Positions 46,928 to 60,429 of a stretch of DNA of 64,000 nucleotides are shown one piece after another. The position numbers and the translations under genes are program-made. The notes under the pieces were generated by a model, which had not been told where the DNA came from, did not search any database, and saw nothing but the letters and a program-made list of their open reading frames with translations. This DNA comes from Rhodosorus marinus CCMP1338 (taxonomy: Eukaryota > Plantae > Rhodophyta): positions 434,001 through 498,000 of the forward strand of contig JAMWBK010000003.1 of the NCBI GenBank assembly GCA_029953675.1, written 5' to 3'. Position 1 is the first letter of the stretch, and each line of letters begins with the position of its first letter.

Positions 46928-49900
46928 TCACTGTTCTTCTGCCTGTGACATGTCCAAGAGGAACTTTCTCGCCACTGCGAGAGCAGTAGCAGTTTGCAGG
47001 TCCGAATTCTGGTCCGTGAGGAACTGACCTATCCATTTTGGCAGTTTGCTTTTCAAATTGTGCTTTGAGAACCTTCTGCTTGGAGCGCGTCAGTCCCGTA
47101 CAGTAACAGATGAAGGGGGTGAGAAGTTTTCCTTTGTTTTGATTGATGCAACATGAACACGAGCAAACTGACCTGTCCGCGAACACCATGACGCCATAGT
47201 CTTTCTTGTTTCTAATTACACGTCCAACACATTGGGCAGCTTGTCTCATTGCGTCAAAAACTGATCAAGAACATCGTCACCCATCAGAAGATAGCACTAG
47301 AGATCTCCTTGTACAACTTGTGTTTCTGTCGTATAGTACCGAGAAAGTCATCCTCCCGAACTTGATAGTTTTTTCTCAAATACTCCATTCTTGCCCGCAG
47401 TGTCTTGGACTCCGTATACTGGAAGGGAACCTACGTCAAAGGGGTTCACTTTTAGACTAGTATTCCATGAGCTCCGTTTAGTCACCCGCTCCTCACCCCG
47501 AACAGGATAACGCATCGTCCGTAGTGTCCATCGAAATCGATGCCTTCGGCAGCCTTTCCACGGGCAACAGAAAGCAGGACCGCGCCCCTCTACGCAAAAA
47601 ACAAGGAAGCAGTTCTGCTTAGCACATAGCGTACTCGCTGCAAACTCTCTTGGCTAGAACGTACTCCAGAATCGCATCCTTTTCGAAAATTGGCGATGGC
47701 GAGGGAAGCTTCTGCGGGATCCTGTGTTTCTACGAATACTAACTTCCTCTCCTGCAACTCATTCAAAACGTCGTTGTCCTGCCAAAAGGAGACTATATCC
47801 GACATATACGCGTAGCTCGGGAAAAAGACAACCAAACCATCCGGAATCCTCTCGGCAAACCTCAGCAGCGCGTCGCCATAGTTCCTGGCTACAGCGGGAT
47901 TACCTTCAGAGTTCCAGAGGCAGGTACGTGAAGGCGGGTGTACAGTCAGCGTGGATATAGTCGAGCGGATGGGAATGAAAGACAAACCAACTCACTCCGA
48001 TCTTGGAATTTTGAGCTTAGTACAGTCTGATCCCCCCCGTGAGTGATTACAAGGGGGCAAACACATTTCCGATCCAGGGACATATTAAAGCTTGCCGCAA
48101 CTGCAGCCCTGATTCCCATTGAAATCGCGGATCATTTCAATCAGACACATTTGATCAGACTTCTACTATTATTGCGCGCATACCGAAAGCTCAGCATACG
48201 TGGGTAGAAATCCAGCGGGCTTATTGTCCCAGAAGTAATTACGACAGTCCTGAACTTGTTGGTCACCGGTCGAATCGCCAGGCTCGCGTCCAAGCAAGCA
48301 AGCTGGAGGATTGGTTTGTAGTCGTCTGCAGAGGAGAAAACCGCATGATGATGAGAAACGTCTGGCTTTTTTTGGTCTTTCAATGAAAGGTTCATGTAAA
48401 TACATTCGCGAGCCCTACCTGTGTAGCTGTCGAATGGTTCGAAGATTATCGTGAAACCGTTCTGGAGGTAAGTAGCCGCGACTGTGACAAAGTCAGAGAC
48501 TATATGCAGAGGTCGGTATTCAGACCAATCACTGACTTCGAGAGTCTTAAGGAGACTCGTGAGCCTGTCTGACGTGAATCTCAGGTCCTTCTTGTCCTCT
48601 AAGTTTCCCTCCCGAACGATCTCCTTGCATCGGGTAGACCAAATCAGCAGGATGACGGCGCCGTTCAGCTCTTGTATGTGCAATAACACACATCTTTAAG
48701 ATCGTCTCACCTCTACGAAACGGTTCGGTGACTCCTCAACACTTGAGTTCAGCTGCATTCTTGACTTTTGATCAGATGACATTGGCAAAAAAAAAATAAG
48801 AAAAGGTGTGTTAGCATCAGAAAGAGACCATCAATTTGACTGCCCCTTACCCTGAGCACATTGATGACGACCTGAACGACAGCCAGAAAGTTCTCTGCTT
48901 TTCTAATCTCTGTAGGTACAGCCTCGTGAAGCACGTCCTCCGGGAGAACCGGAGGACCCCTCACTTCTGATCCAGCTACCGCGTTCATCGTTGCAAGCGG
49001 TACGCTTGCCATGATCCGTTCGTATTCCTCCCTTAGCCGAGAAGCGTCTTCTGCCTTGCTCCTCTCAACAGCTCTCGCAAGCCGCCCGAGACAAGCCCTG
49101 GAGCGTCCGAGAATCGATTCATCAATATTAACAGATAGGGATTCAATGCACACGTTATCAATGTTGTGAGCCTCATCGAAAACTACTATCGCATCGCGAG
49201 TCAAGTCCCTGGAAACCAACGCCGCAACCTGTTGGGAGGGTAAGGGTTCCAGATTCACCACGAAACGTGGAAACGTCAGCGATGATGAGTTAACGTGCCG
49301 CCATGATGGAGTTTTGCCCCTAAAAAAGCACCTTGGGGTCCAGCAGATAATGGTATGAATACACAATAACGTTGGCAAAAGTAAGCATTCGTCGTGCGAA
49401 AAAGTACGGGCACCATCCCCGGTCGGTGCCATGCCGTCTGAACTCTGCGAGATCATAAACACCCGCCTTGAGAATTGCCTCCTTGCCTTCATTCTCGTAA
49501 CCTTCAAAAAAGGAGCAAACTTCAACGTCTGTATTCTGAATCGCTGAGTCCCTGATCCAAGGCGCCGTTAGAGCGCGACAAGCGCTGTCAATATCGTATC
49601 CTTCGGAGAGGTTGCTGACTGTCTCGTGGATGCACAGATGGCGCCTAGATCATATTCGGGCGGGTACCGTAAACAACTCGGAATACAGCAGTCACAGTAG
49701 AAGCCATTTGCCAGGTCCTACCTGGACGCCAGTCCAACACAAAGCAGCTCGTCAGCTGAACCGAAGTACTGTCTTCGGTATGCAGATAGAATTCTCATCT
49801 CGTAGAGGACCTTCTGCATCTCCTCAACTGTCCTCGTACAGTAAACGAGCTTTCTAGCATCGGCTCCCCGAGCGCTAAGAATGTACGATGTGATCAGCGA

Positions 49901-50059
49901 AAGGAGCGTAATCGTCTTCCCAGTGCCCGAGGGCATCTCCAATACGGCGTGTCCCCCGGCATCCAAAGCCTTCTTGAGCTCTCGCATGTACTCCAGCTGC
50001 TCGGGGTACACCGATTCATACGGAAAGAAAACCTCCAATCCATCTAGATTAAATCGCAT
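46928..50059 (-). CDS. XPD: TFIIH Fe-S DNA helicase XPD/ERCC2/Rad3; exact 3' end uncertain
   Basis: [73 protein letters not shown]. Confidence 0.93.
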
Positions 50060-50359
50060 TCAAACTCTATTTAAAGCAGCTCAAAAACCCAGCGTATCCA
50101 GAAGCAAAGCAAGAATCCAATGCTTCCCCCTGGCAGACCAACAAAAACGTCCTCTCTCAAGCGCTCATAGCTAGCTCAGCTGTGTGGCACACTCAACCCT
50201 TGAGATTTCCAATCCAAAAACTCTTGGTCCACCGCGAGCTTGTCACGTCCAGCCTTGTACTCTTCTCCGCCCACACTCAACCAGTCCTCGGAAATCGCCC
50301 CTTCAACAGGTCAACTCCGCTCTCTTCACAAAATGCCTCCGTGAAAACTCCCGACGACC

Positions 50360-50755
50360 GATCGACCGGTATTCAGCAAACAGTATGTCCTTCCAAAGTC
50401 TTATCTGTTTGAGGCTTTGTAGCATTACCTCGTTCCTAGTCATAGTCATAACTGGATGCCTCTCGGTTTGGGTTTTCAAGGACTGGCCAGCCTCGAAGTC
50501 CAAAGTGAAACTTCCAAAGCCGATACTATTCACCAACAGTCTGTTCTTTCAAAGTCTTTGTCTCATCCTTAGTCTCAGATCAGACTTAGATGATTGCGGG
50601 TTGGGCTTCGAGGGCTGGCTCGCCTCAAAAGCACCAGTGAAAACTTTCAAAGCCGATACTCTTCAGCAACAGTCTGTTCTTTCAAAGTCTTTATCTCGTT
50701 GCTAGTCTCAGATAAGACTTGGACGACTCTTGCGGTGGTTTCGAAGGACTGTTTG
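50360..50755. repeat. Diverged tandem array, period about 133 bp, about 3 copies
   Basis: CGATACT..AACAGTCTGTTCTTTCAAAGTCTTT at 50521 and 50654; a more diverged copy near 50365. Confidence 0.85.
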
Positions 50756-52576
50756 AGTGTAATCGGAGACCAGGATAAGGCTGGATGTGACGCGCTCGCC
50801 GTGGCCCAGGAATTTTGGATTGAAAGTCTCAAATGTTGAGTATGCTCCACAGCTGAGTTAGTTTTTAGTTACCTTATGGAGAACGTTTGTCTGCCTGCGA
50901 ACAGAAAGCTTTTGGATTCTGTTTTTTATCTGGATACGCTGAGTTTTTTAGCTCTTTGCAACGGTTTTTTCATGCTCTTTTGATCTGGAGCCTATAACGT
51001 TCCACCTCTGGAACAACTCATCATCTTTACTCAGTAATTTTTCTTTGTGCATTCCCCTATTCAATTCCTCGTTTTCAGTGTTTTCATGAGCTCAGTCTAA
51101 ATGATTTTCAATATAGATTGAACTTAGCATTTGTTAAGTTTGCTCGGGACATCGGGAGCTTCCAGCAAGGGATGACAGACCCCGAACTACACCGTACGGG
51201 TAAGCGGGGGAGGAGGTGGGCGATTGGATTTTCTCCAAGTAGGGACTAACCACCATCCATGATCGTGAGAAAAGTCTTAACAGATAGACATGAATTTAAT
51301 CTGGTTCTCTAGTTGCGAAAATTGGTGCTCAATTAGCTCCCACATTCGAAAAAGAAGGATGTTGCTAACAGCTCGATGTTGTCTTTAGCTAGTATCTGAA
51401 TTAGCATGAGAACCCTGGGCAGAGCCTTTTTGGGCTAGTTGAGAGCGCACTGAGAGTCTTCTGGCACTCGAAGAACTTTACCCGATCGCGTTGGGAAGCT
51501 TATGGACGGCTGAGCGAGACCACAATGGCAGGCCCCCAATACCTCACACAGCATCTGGATCCTAGTTCTTCACCAATCTCACGAGCAATACCTGTACCAA
51601 ACGTATGCCTTTGGAGGAGTAACTCGAACATGCCTCTAAGTCTTTTGGAGCAGCTTGTACAAATTCATCTCTGTGGTATTGAAACTTCAAGACAAATGTC
51701 TGTAAAGTGACCATAGTCGACGTGGGTCGGTAGAACTTGCCTCCGAGCGGTGTCGACTACTAAGGCAGGAGGTGCGTGACGATTTCAATTCGAGATAACT
51801 TCAAGGAGAACATCCTAGTAGTATTCTGTCAATGCTGCAACAAGCCACAGGACCTATCTGGGCGTGATGAGCTCTGCAGCCCGGTGGTTTGGTTCGGGTA
51901 CGACGTGTAGGCGCAGATCAGGACAGGTTTCTCATATGACGGCCTGACGAGAGTTCAATCTCGTAGCCCGCTCGTCGACGAGATCCTGCTTGCGTTTTTG
52001 TTTGGCTCCACTGTGCGTGGTACACAATTTTTTCTTAAGGATGATCTTTCTGCCGGTCTAGCGCCAGGCGGATTCTTCGCCTTGGTCTTGGTTTTAAAAG
52101 CATGTCAAGGCGGACACCGAGCTCATCAGCACGAACGCGCTTTTCTTTGATTCAACCTACAGGACAAAGAACGAAACGGAAGCTCCCCACGTACCAGACT
52201 CGCGGGCTTCCAAGTTTTCAAGACCAATTGCAACCAGTCTCCTTTGAGGACAAAGATATTTCGATGCAACAAGTCGATCAGTTGAATGAGCCACACCGAG
52301 GAGTCAAGCGTCCACGTATATCTAGCAAACCTGACTGCTTCTAGGTCGCAGCCCGTACACGTTTTCTCATCGCTCGCAAAAAGGCGCGTTCCTCTCGGTG
52401 CTCAAACTACGATTTCAACCGTCTGCTTCAGGGCTCGCAACTCCCTTAGGAATCTGGTCTGCGTCCAGGCTGACTTGCCGGGCTCAAAGTTGCTGCCAGG
52501 TTCATGATCTGAGATCCCATGGCGGAATTGCTCCTCCTTGCTGTTTCCCGTGATAAAGGCAGGATTGGCATGCTGG

Positions 52577-53684
52577 TTAAGATCCCATCTTAACCATACT
52601 CACAGTCTTGTCCCATGAGCCACAGTACAAAACTCCAGGAGTTTCCGGGTTCCAAGCGACGCCTCTGACAAAGTCCTTGTGATGATACAGTTCCTTCTTG
52701 ATCCCGCCGTCCGTTGTGTCGACGATCACCGTTGAAGGTTCATCAGTTCCCGCGGCGAGGGTAGATGGATCGTGCGGGCTCGTCTTGAGTCGTCGGGCCG
52801 GAGCGGTTAGTTTAGTGAGTGTCCACAGCGGTTCAGGCTGTGTCATCCTTGAGTCGTATGCAAGAATGTCGCATTGCTCTGTGGACAGCACAACTTTGTC
52901 GCTGTTTTCGGAGGTTGCTGCATATACGATTGCTCCCACGTTGACCTTGACCTGGGGCTTAAGCTTCCTGTCCCGCAAATCCCATATCGCGTAAGATCCG
53001 TCGCTTGAGGAGGTTAGAATGGACGATCCCATCCATTCAATCGAATTGATCTGGAATATACCGGAATGCAGACAAGGAAATTTTGCAATGAGTAATTGGA
53101 TCCGCAGGGTTGGCCTGTCTAAGGAAAGGACGACAAGGTTGCCAAAAAAACAAAAAGACACCCACCCCGTCCGAATGGCACTCGAATTTGCTAGGTCGAT
53201 CAGGTGTATCAAGATCCCAGAGCATAACTGTCGCATCCATTCCACCGGAAACGACGAGTTTCTCCCTTCCAGATGCCATAGAAATAGAGGTCGCACAGTC
53301 GTTATGTCCACCGGGAAGTGGGAGTACCCCTTCTTTATGTATCACTCGAATCAAACCATCGTCACATGCCGCAATGAAATGACCTTCTCCAGATGAACAG
53401 AGGTCGGATATTCCGCATTCGACCTAAAGAAACACCAGAAGAGCAGAGAACATAAACACTTTCAGAGGAAAACGAGGAAAGGAACGAGGATTAAAAATAA
53501 GATTTGAGAAAAACCTCACCATAAAGTCAGCTTCTGTAGTTCCGTCACTGGTCAACCCCAACACCTGTCCATCCCAATCCGATCCATTCAAACTCGACGT
53601 AGCCGCAACAACGTTGCCCATCTTCGCCGCTACCACAGCGTCCACATGCCGATTCAGTTGCCATCTCACCGCAATCTCTACCAT
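52577..53684 (-). CDS. WD40 protein, most like methylosome protein 50 (MEP50/WDR77)
   Basis: N-terminal TSSLNGSDWDGQV and ECGISDL resemble MEP50 SSLSGRCWAGSL and EAGVADL. Also HNDCATSIS, SGGMDATVMLWD and HKDFVRGVAWNP..GSWD. Confidence 0.65.
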
Positions 53685-53708
53685 GGTTCAATCTACAACC
53701 AATCCAAC

Positions 53709-53740
53709 CACATACACACACACACACACATACACATACA
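53709..53740. repeat. (CA)n microsatellite with CATA interruptions, in the 5' UTR region of the WD40 gene
   Basis: Read directly. Confidence 0.9.
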
Positions 53741-54389
53741 AAGATTATTACTCTTCTACAATAGAGAAACTACTCAAATGCCTCATTCAATATGTATTCC
53801 AATGCCTTCTCTCCCTCTTCCCTTTGCCAAGCACTCTCCATCAAATTCCAACGTCCCGTCGTCTTCATCTTCATCAAAAACTATCCAAACCCACTCTCAT
53901 CAACAGAACCCCATGACATTCATGAAATATAATAACAATTTCGTCTATTCCCGTTTCCCAAAAACTTATCCGATATAATTGGTCATTTAATAAATTATCT
54001 ATCTATAATATACAAAATTAGATTATATATTTATTTAATTACAATTTATTTAGTACCTAATTTACGAATAATTGGTTTACATATGCGAGATGGGTTTTTA
54101 TTTATGTTTTTGGAATCTAATATGTTTGAATAAACTGAAATTTTAGCTTTTGTTGCGTATAATTGGTCTAAAGTGGAAATGAAATCATAAATGTTTAGAT
54201 GGAAAGGGGGATGTTATTTTCTTTTCTTTATGAAAATTTTGGAATTTCATTGATTGCAAAAGGGGCGGTAGTGAAGTCCTTCGCTCAATAGTCGGGGTGG
54301 TGAACTGGGTTGGGTTCTTGACGGTTTGCGGAAGAGATATTGATGGCTTGAGGAATATATAAAAGGATGTGAGAAACTGAAAAACAGTC

Positions 54390-55946
54390 ATGGTGTTGCA
54401 GAACCTGACGGTAAGTGGTCTAGGAGGAGCATACCCCTAGATCTATTGTCCAATGGGGGATTAGCCGAGCGGACTCAAAACGTGTTTTCCCCCCCTTTTC
54501 GCCTTTTTTGGTTTTCAGTTGCTGTTCCCTCTCGAGAGCAGCGAAGTAAACCTCGATCTGATTGGAGAGCTTCTCCTCAACTACGGCGCGCTTTCGGTTT
54601 CGTTTGAAGACGCTGAGAAAGGAACCGCCTCGGAACAGCCCCTGTTTCGTGAACCTCCCCCCGGAGCCGTCGTGAGGCCACCACCAAGATGGAGATATAC
54701 CTTGCTTAACCTTCCGATTAGCAAAGACTCACTTGTTTTTGCTGCGCTCTGTGTCACAGGAATGGGACTCTTCCCAAGTAGACGGGCAGGTCTTCTGGAA
54801 CTCTGTCTCCGTTAAAGCTCTATTTCCATCAGGTACGTTGCGATCGCAGACACCCAGGCAGAATCTAAGCGCGAAACGTACCTTTGCTAACCAAGCAGAG
54901 ATGTTTTCCGCAACCGTAGAGGCCGGCGTAGAAGCCATCATGCTCGCTATTGGAAGTGACTTGGAACTGCCCATCGAACCGCGCTTCAAAGTCGAAGGCT
55001 TGAAGGACGAAGATTGGGTAAAGAAAGTCCAGAGCACTTTTAAGCCCATCGCATTTAAGAAGATTTACATCACATTTCCGTGGCGCAAGGAGCCAATCGA
55101 TCCTGCGATGATTCCCGTTATACTTGAGCCTGGATCCGCGTTCGGGACAGGAGAACATCCTACAACTAGGTTTGTCGATTTGGCATCTGATACTGACTGC
55201 TTGCTGGCGTTTGCTTGGTTTCTGCCGTTGATCTGACCCAGCCCCTTCAACGCTTGAACCCAAGGCTATGCATTCGATGGCTAGAGGAAGTCGTGACAGA
55301 GCATTCTGGGGAAAAGCTGTTGGACTACGGATCGGGATCCGGAATCCTGTCAATCATCGCACGAAAGCTCGGCTGCCCGGAGGTCGCCGGGGTTGAGATC
55401 GACCGCGATGCGGTCGAAATCGCGAAGAAGAACGTTGACGCGAACGATACAGCCGATGGATCCGTTCAGTTCTATCTTCCATCCGAGACAATCCCAGACT
55501 CGTATTATACGCTGACCGTTGCAAACATCCTGGCGCTTCCGCTAATTCAGCTCGCACCGACCATCGCCGTGTAATAACAAGAACGCGCATGTCAAAAATA
55601 CTCCACGAATGATCCTTTCTCTCACACTAAGACTTTGCCAATCAATAGGAAAACCACACCGGGAGGCCGGCTAGCTCTGTCCGGTGTCCTAGCTCGTCAG
55701 GCAGTGGTAAGTGCCGCGTCAGGTCTGCTTTGCACCTTGTGATCTTCAGGCCTTGCCACGGAGGGCAAATGAGTTGTGGGCCCGGCGAATGCCTTGATTA
55801 CCTCTGCGCTTTGATCCTCAAATTAAACACTTGCTTGTTTTCTTCATCAGGAAGTTTCTAGAGCTTATACTGAAGCAGGTTTTGAGATGCATCAGGCATG
55901 GCAAGACGGCGGATGGGTTCTGCTCACAGGTAGGAAACGGTGTTAG
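54390..55946 (+). CDS. prmA: Ribosomal protein L11 methyltransferase
   Basis: GALSVSFED, EDWVK, LEPGSAFGTGEHPTTRLC, LLDYGSGSGILSI, VANILA, LALSGVL, WVLLTGRK; six or seven exons. Confidence 0.88.
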
Positions 55947-56249
55947 TCTCTGTCCAGCTGTACTGAAAAGCGGAACAAACCTTGTGGCAGAAGTTTTTCC
56001 CAGCGCGGCTGGCATGGAAATACTTGAGCTGACCAACTGGGAGGGAAGGATTTTGGCTTTTCAGGGCCTATGAACCGATCCTCGTGCACAGATCGCATAT
56101 CGGGGGTTCATGGTTAGACCCTGGGCTTTCAAGGGACTCTGGTTAGTCTCCGCTTGTATGACATCGTCTAAAACACAGCTCGCTTCATTTATAAGTTCAT
56201 TACCGACGTTGGCACCTCGGTCAAAGAAACAACGAAAACCTTGACGCGC

Positions 56250-57282
56250 CTATAGTTCACCACAATCGGCGATGTATACTTTTTCTACTGGCCTGTCACG
56301 GCTATCCGTCTTGACATTTTCAACGGTCGTCACTACTTCCATTCCTTCCAGTACTCTACCGAAGACCTACGGTCGATGTTTGAACACAGAAAGTTAGTTC
56401 AATAAACTCAATATGGAATGTGTGATCGCATTGAGCGAAAGCGTCAATACTACTCACCACGTGCTTTCCATCAAGCCAAGGAGTAGGTACCGTCGTTATG
56501 AAAAACTGGCCACCGTTTGTGTTTGGGCCTGAATTGGCCATGGAGAGAACTCCGGGAACCTGCGGTAGGAACTAGCTTTATTAGCTTACCGTGCGATCAA
56601 AAATAAGATACAAAGTGAGGGAATCACGAGATTACCGTGTGCTTGAAGGTGAAGTTTTCGTCCTTGAACTTGGCCCCGTAGATGCTCTTCCCTCCCGTGC
56701 CGTTACCTCGGGTGAAGTCTCCACCTTGTATCATGAACTTCTTTATGACTCGGTGGAAAACACTTTGCTTGTACCCAAACCCAGACTCCCCAGTAGCCAA
56801 TGCCCGGAAGTTCTCGGCAGTCTTCGGAACGTCATCTCCAAAAAGCCCGATGACGATCCGCCGCGGGCTAGCATTCCCGATTCCAATGTCGAAGAAAACT
56901 TTCTTGGTCACAACACCCTCTTCCGCACCCCTCACCTCACCGCCAGCGACCGCCTTCTTCCCAGACAGGAACGAATAAGCCAGATACACTACCAACGCTG
57001 TCGAACCCACCACCTATTCCCGGTTTTCACGAGCGTTACAGAAGAAACAAGCAAGTGAAGGGTTAGACACTCTCCATCAGTCAATAGGTAAAGGGAGACT
57101 CCTCAGTATGACGAACAAAGCAAGTCTAGAACGAAGAAAAAGAAGGAAGGGCCTAGCCAAAATCTTGGTCTACGACTACTACCAAACCGAGCTTGAAAAG
57201 TTTCAAAAAAAGCAAAAACACACACCCCAACTAGAAACACAGTCGGCCGTATTCTAATCCTGTCCATGCTACCTCTCCGCAT
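56250..57282 (-). CDS. Cyclophilin-type peptidyl-prolyl isomerase with hydrophobic N-terminal extension (secretory/organellar type); start uncertain
   Basis: [62 protein letters not shown], ends DCGEL*. Confidence 0.92.
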
Positions 57283-57391
57283 TTCTCTCACAACAAGCTC
57301 TCGAATCCTGACGCAGATTCGTCTTTCGCCTAGTTCCTCAATGACACTCAACAGAAACGGTGGTCAAGTTCTCAATTGACTCAGCGTCTCC

Positions 57392-57827
57392 CTAAAGGAT
57401 CGGCTTATCATAATCTATCAGATAAGGATTCGGCTGGCCAGGACCGTTGGTTGTGAAAACCAGGATCACCCAGATGAAGTGGAGGACTATACTCCTTCCT
57501 TTGCACAGCATCTCATGATCTTCTTGAACACTGAGTTGATCAGGTTCTTGCTCCAGGAAGCAGGATCTTGCTCTGAAATAGAGTGAGCCTTCCTTTGACG
57601 AGGGTAGCTAATACTAGGCGGATATAAAAGCATCGAAAAGCAAAGTCTTGAAGAAACCTGTCTCTCACCGTAAGACCTCTAGAAACTCTTTCGCTTTGCT
57701 GGGCGCTCGCTTCATCCTTCGTCGCCATCATCCGGATCGGGGTGTACTGGATTGGCCTATGCGACACCTTCAACGCGCGTCCGGAATGAAACCCGGACAG
57801 GCGCCCAAAACCTCCGATAAATGCCAT
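57392..57827 (-). CDS. Short unknown protein with plastid-transit-like N-terminus; 3' exon uncertain
   Basis: MAFIGGFGRLSGFHSGRALKV...RMMA followed by a GTGAGA donor; downstream splice model is ambiguous. Confidence 0.4.
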
Positions 57828-58347
57828 CGAGCAGTTTCGTATTCCGTCCCAGCTACTGAACAAACTATGACCGATCACGAACTCCAAGCAACTTCCGCGA
57901 ATATCAACAATAGACACCTTAAGCACCTCACTGTCCCTCCTGACCTCCAACGAGATACTTATCTCAAACAAGATTTAGCAACATCGATCTTCTCGAGCTA
58001 AGCACAGGTGACCAGAGCAGTGGGCCCAGAGACAACAACAAACAGAATCTCAGGACTGTTGAAGTCGGAGTAGCTCGACTTCGTCAAATAACTGACCTCC
58101 AGTTACATCATCGAACACGAGCTTGAATAGTGGAGAACCTGCTTGGTGGAGAGCTTCGAGCTCTTTCGCCCAGCGCTGAGGTGAAGGCCGTAAGGATGAA
58201 TTCTTGTCTTGGAACCCCGACAAGCTTGGTAGAGCTGGTCGTGGTATTACACATAATTTACTTTTGAATCCATGGTTACTACTTGGGTTAACAGGATATG
58301 CTGGGCCAGATCGCCGCAAACAACCGCACAATTGGTAGGGCGTGAGA

Positions 58348-59795
58348 TCATGTGTGCGCTGGTTCGGAACGTGAGCGCAGCATTTCCGTGTACGTGGCTA
58401 GTAAGGCTGCAGTCTCCTCGATTACGGCTCTTTCAACGGCTTCAGCGATTTCCTTGCCTTCGAAGGTCCGGTCCTTCGCGCTGGCCTCCTTTTGGCCTGC
58501 CTTCTCTTTCTGGTTTTCCTGAGCTAGGACGTACTGAACTTCCTCTTGTGCCGCGCAAAGTAGTTGGTTGCATTGCCGAGTTAGTAGTGAAGCTGCGTCA
58601 CGGCAATTTCGAAAATCGTCTTGGGATGCAGAGGCTCCCCGCTGTAGAATTGGCGTCATGCTCAATGGTAGCCGTCCCTGACTCACATAGCCCTCCGAAA
58701 TCCTGCCTTTCGAGTAAGGCTGACTGGAGAGGTTGTGGCGTGGTCGCTTCGTGACAGATCGAGGATCACTCTCAAAGTTCGGATCGGTCGCCGAAAGTGT
58801 TCCGTTCTCCTGTTGGCTTGCCCTAACAGTCTGAAGCTCCGGGGAATTCTCATAGTTCTTGCAGCTGGTACACTTGCACAAATCGGAACACGGTACTCCC
58901 GCTTGAAAGCATTCGCAGTATCCCTTCAAGCAGAACGTTCGTTTGCAGTGACAACCTCGACTGTGCTTGCCCTCCTGGAGTTGATCAGAAACGGAGATAC
59001 CGTCTTAGAAAACTGGGCGAACTCAATGATCGGCACAGCTGGAGGTAGCCACCAGTATACGTAACCACACATAAAAATACTAAATGCGTGTGCCTTCGCC
59101 GCGTTCAGTGCTCTTCCTACCGATTCCACGTTTTTGCTGATCTTCGGTCTGAAAGCGTTCGGATCCCGCCCGAGAGTCAAGCGTATCGCTTTATCTCGCT
59201 CCTCAGCATGGGCTTCATTGTTCTTGCAGTTTTGACAGCTGCATGCGTTGGTGCAGTACAAACCAAATTTGAAACAGTCACAGTACCGCTTCAAGCATCC
59301 GGTACTCTTACAATTACAACACTTGACGCCATTGTTTTGCTCTTCCCCCTGTTCATCCAGGGAATGGCCCTCATCAAATCGTCGCTGTGTCCTGTCGTAG
59401 ATAGCTTCGGGCTGCCCATTGCTCTGCGAGGACGGAAAACGATGGAAACCATGAGGAGTTTGAAAGCCGTCAAATATAGCCCAGAGACGTGGGAAATGCA
59501 CGTTACCTCGGGCCAGTACTTGAGAGGGGACGAAAGGAACTCTGATTTTCTATTAGCCGGCGACTGCGACGGTGTTGACCTGGCCATATCTATCTCACCA
59601 GCACTGTAAGTCAAACAAAAAGAAAAGCAGCGCAAAAGGGATTTGTGGGTTCGTCAGCTGGAAAAGGGCACCAAGCATCTTCCGCAGTTTCGACCTGACA
59701 ACATACGTTGCTAGCACTGACAAAGCGTTCTCATGCTCGAAACCGGCTTCCTCGGACTCCTTTCCATATCTGGTTTCCAACTTCTCGGTGCCCAT
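58348..59795 (-). CDS. Tesmin/TSO1/LIN54-like CXC (CRC) domain protein
   Basis: CNCKSTGCLKRYCDCF...CSCQNCKN, hinge RDPNAFRPKI, second CXC CLKGYCECF...CKCTSCKN. Confidence 0.9.
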
Positions 59796-60429
59796 CGCTG
59801 GCGCGTATCGAAGAACCAATCTCCTCTAACTCCCTCCTTGCCTCTTTTTCTGTTTCAAAGTCCCCGCTACACACATACACATAAGCCCACACGCATGCCT
59901 CTAGTTCCCGCGTAACTGCCTTTCAATGGCCCAACCAGAACTCATCGCCTGCATCGTCGACAGTTTAATGCTCTGTCACCATCTACGCAAGAAATCCTCT
60001 GTGGTCAGACAGCAAGTACTAAAAATACGACTCTTTCTTCCACACAAGATCTACCAGGATCTGCAAACCCACCACGCTCTCGAGCCCGCCGGTCACCCCG
60101 TTCACAGTCAAATCAGACCCCTGGCCCTTTCTGCCCTCAACACGAGCTAAGGCACGAGCTTTCAATAAACAGAAAAAAGCAAAATCGCAACCGCACCGTC
60201 CAAAAAAAAGGAAAGCACAACACACCGTGTCAAAGCACTCCGAAATCCCGATTTGAACCCATTCACGATTTCCTCGACAAGAGATCTGCGGCGGTGTCAA
60301 CCCAAAAAGCAATTGGAAGGAGAACCAAAGAAAACCAGAAACGCCAGCTGACGTATTGTTTATGACGAAAAAAACAGTCGTCGTTAAGCTTTCCACAAAG
60401 ATCAATACCTAACACAATCAAATCGGAAA

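Noticed and set aside
52577-53684. PEX7 (PTS2 receptor) as the identity of the WD40 gene
   Set aside because: The N-terminal SSLxGxxWxG and GISDL motifs fit MEP50/WDR77 better; PEX7-typical N-terminal motifs were not seen.
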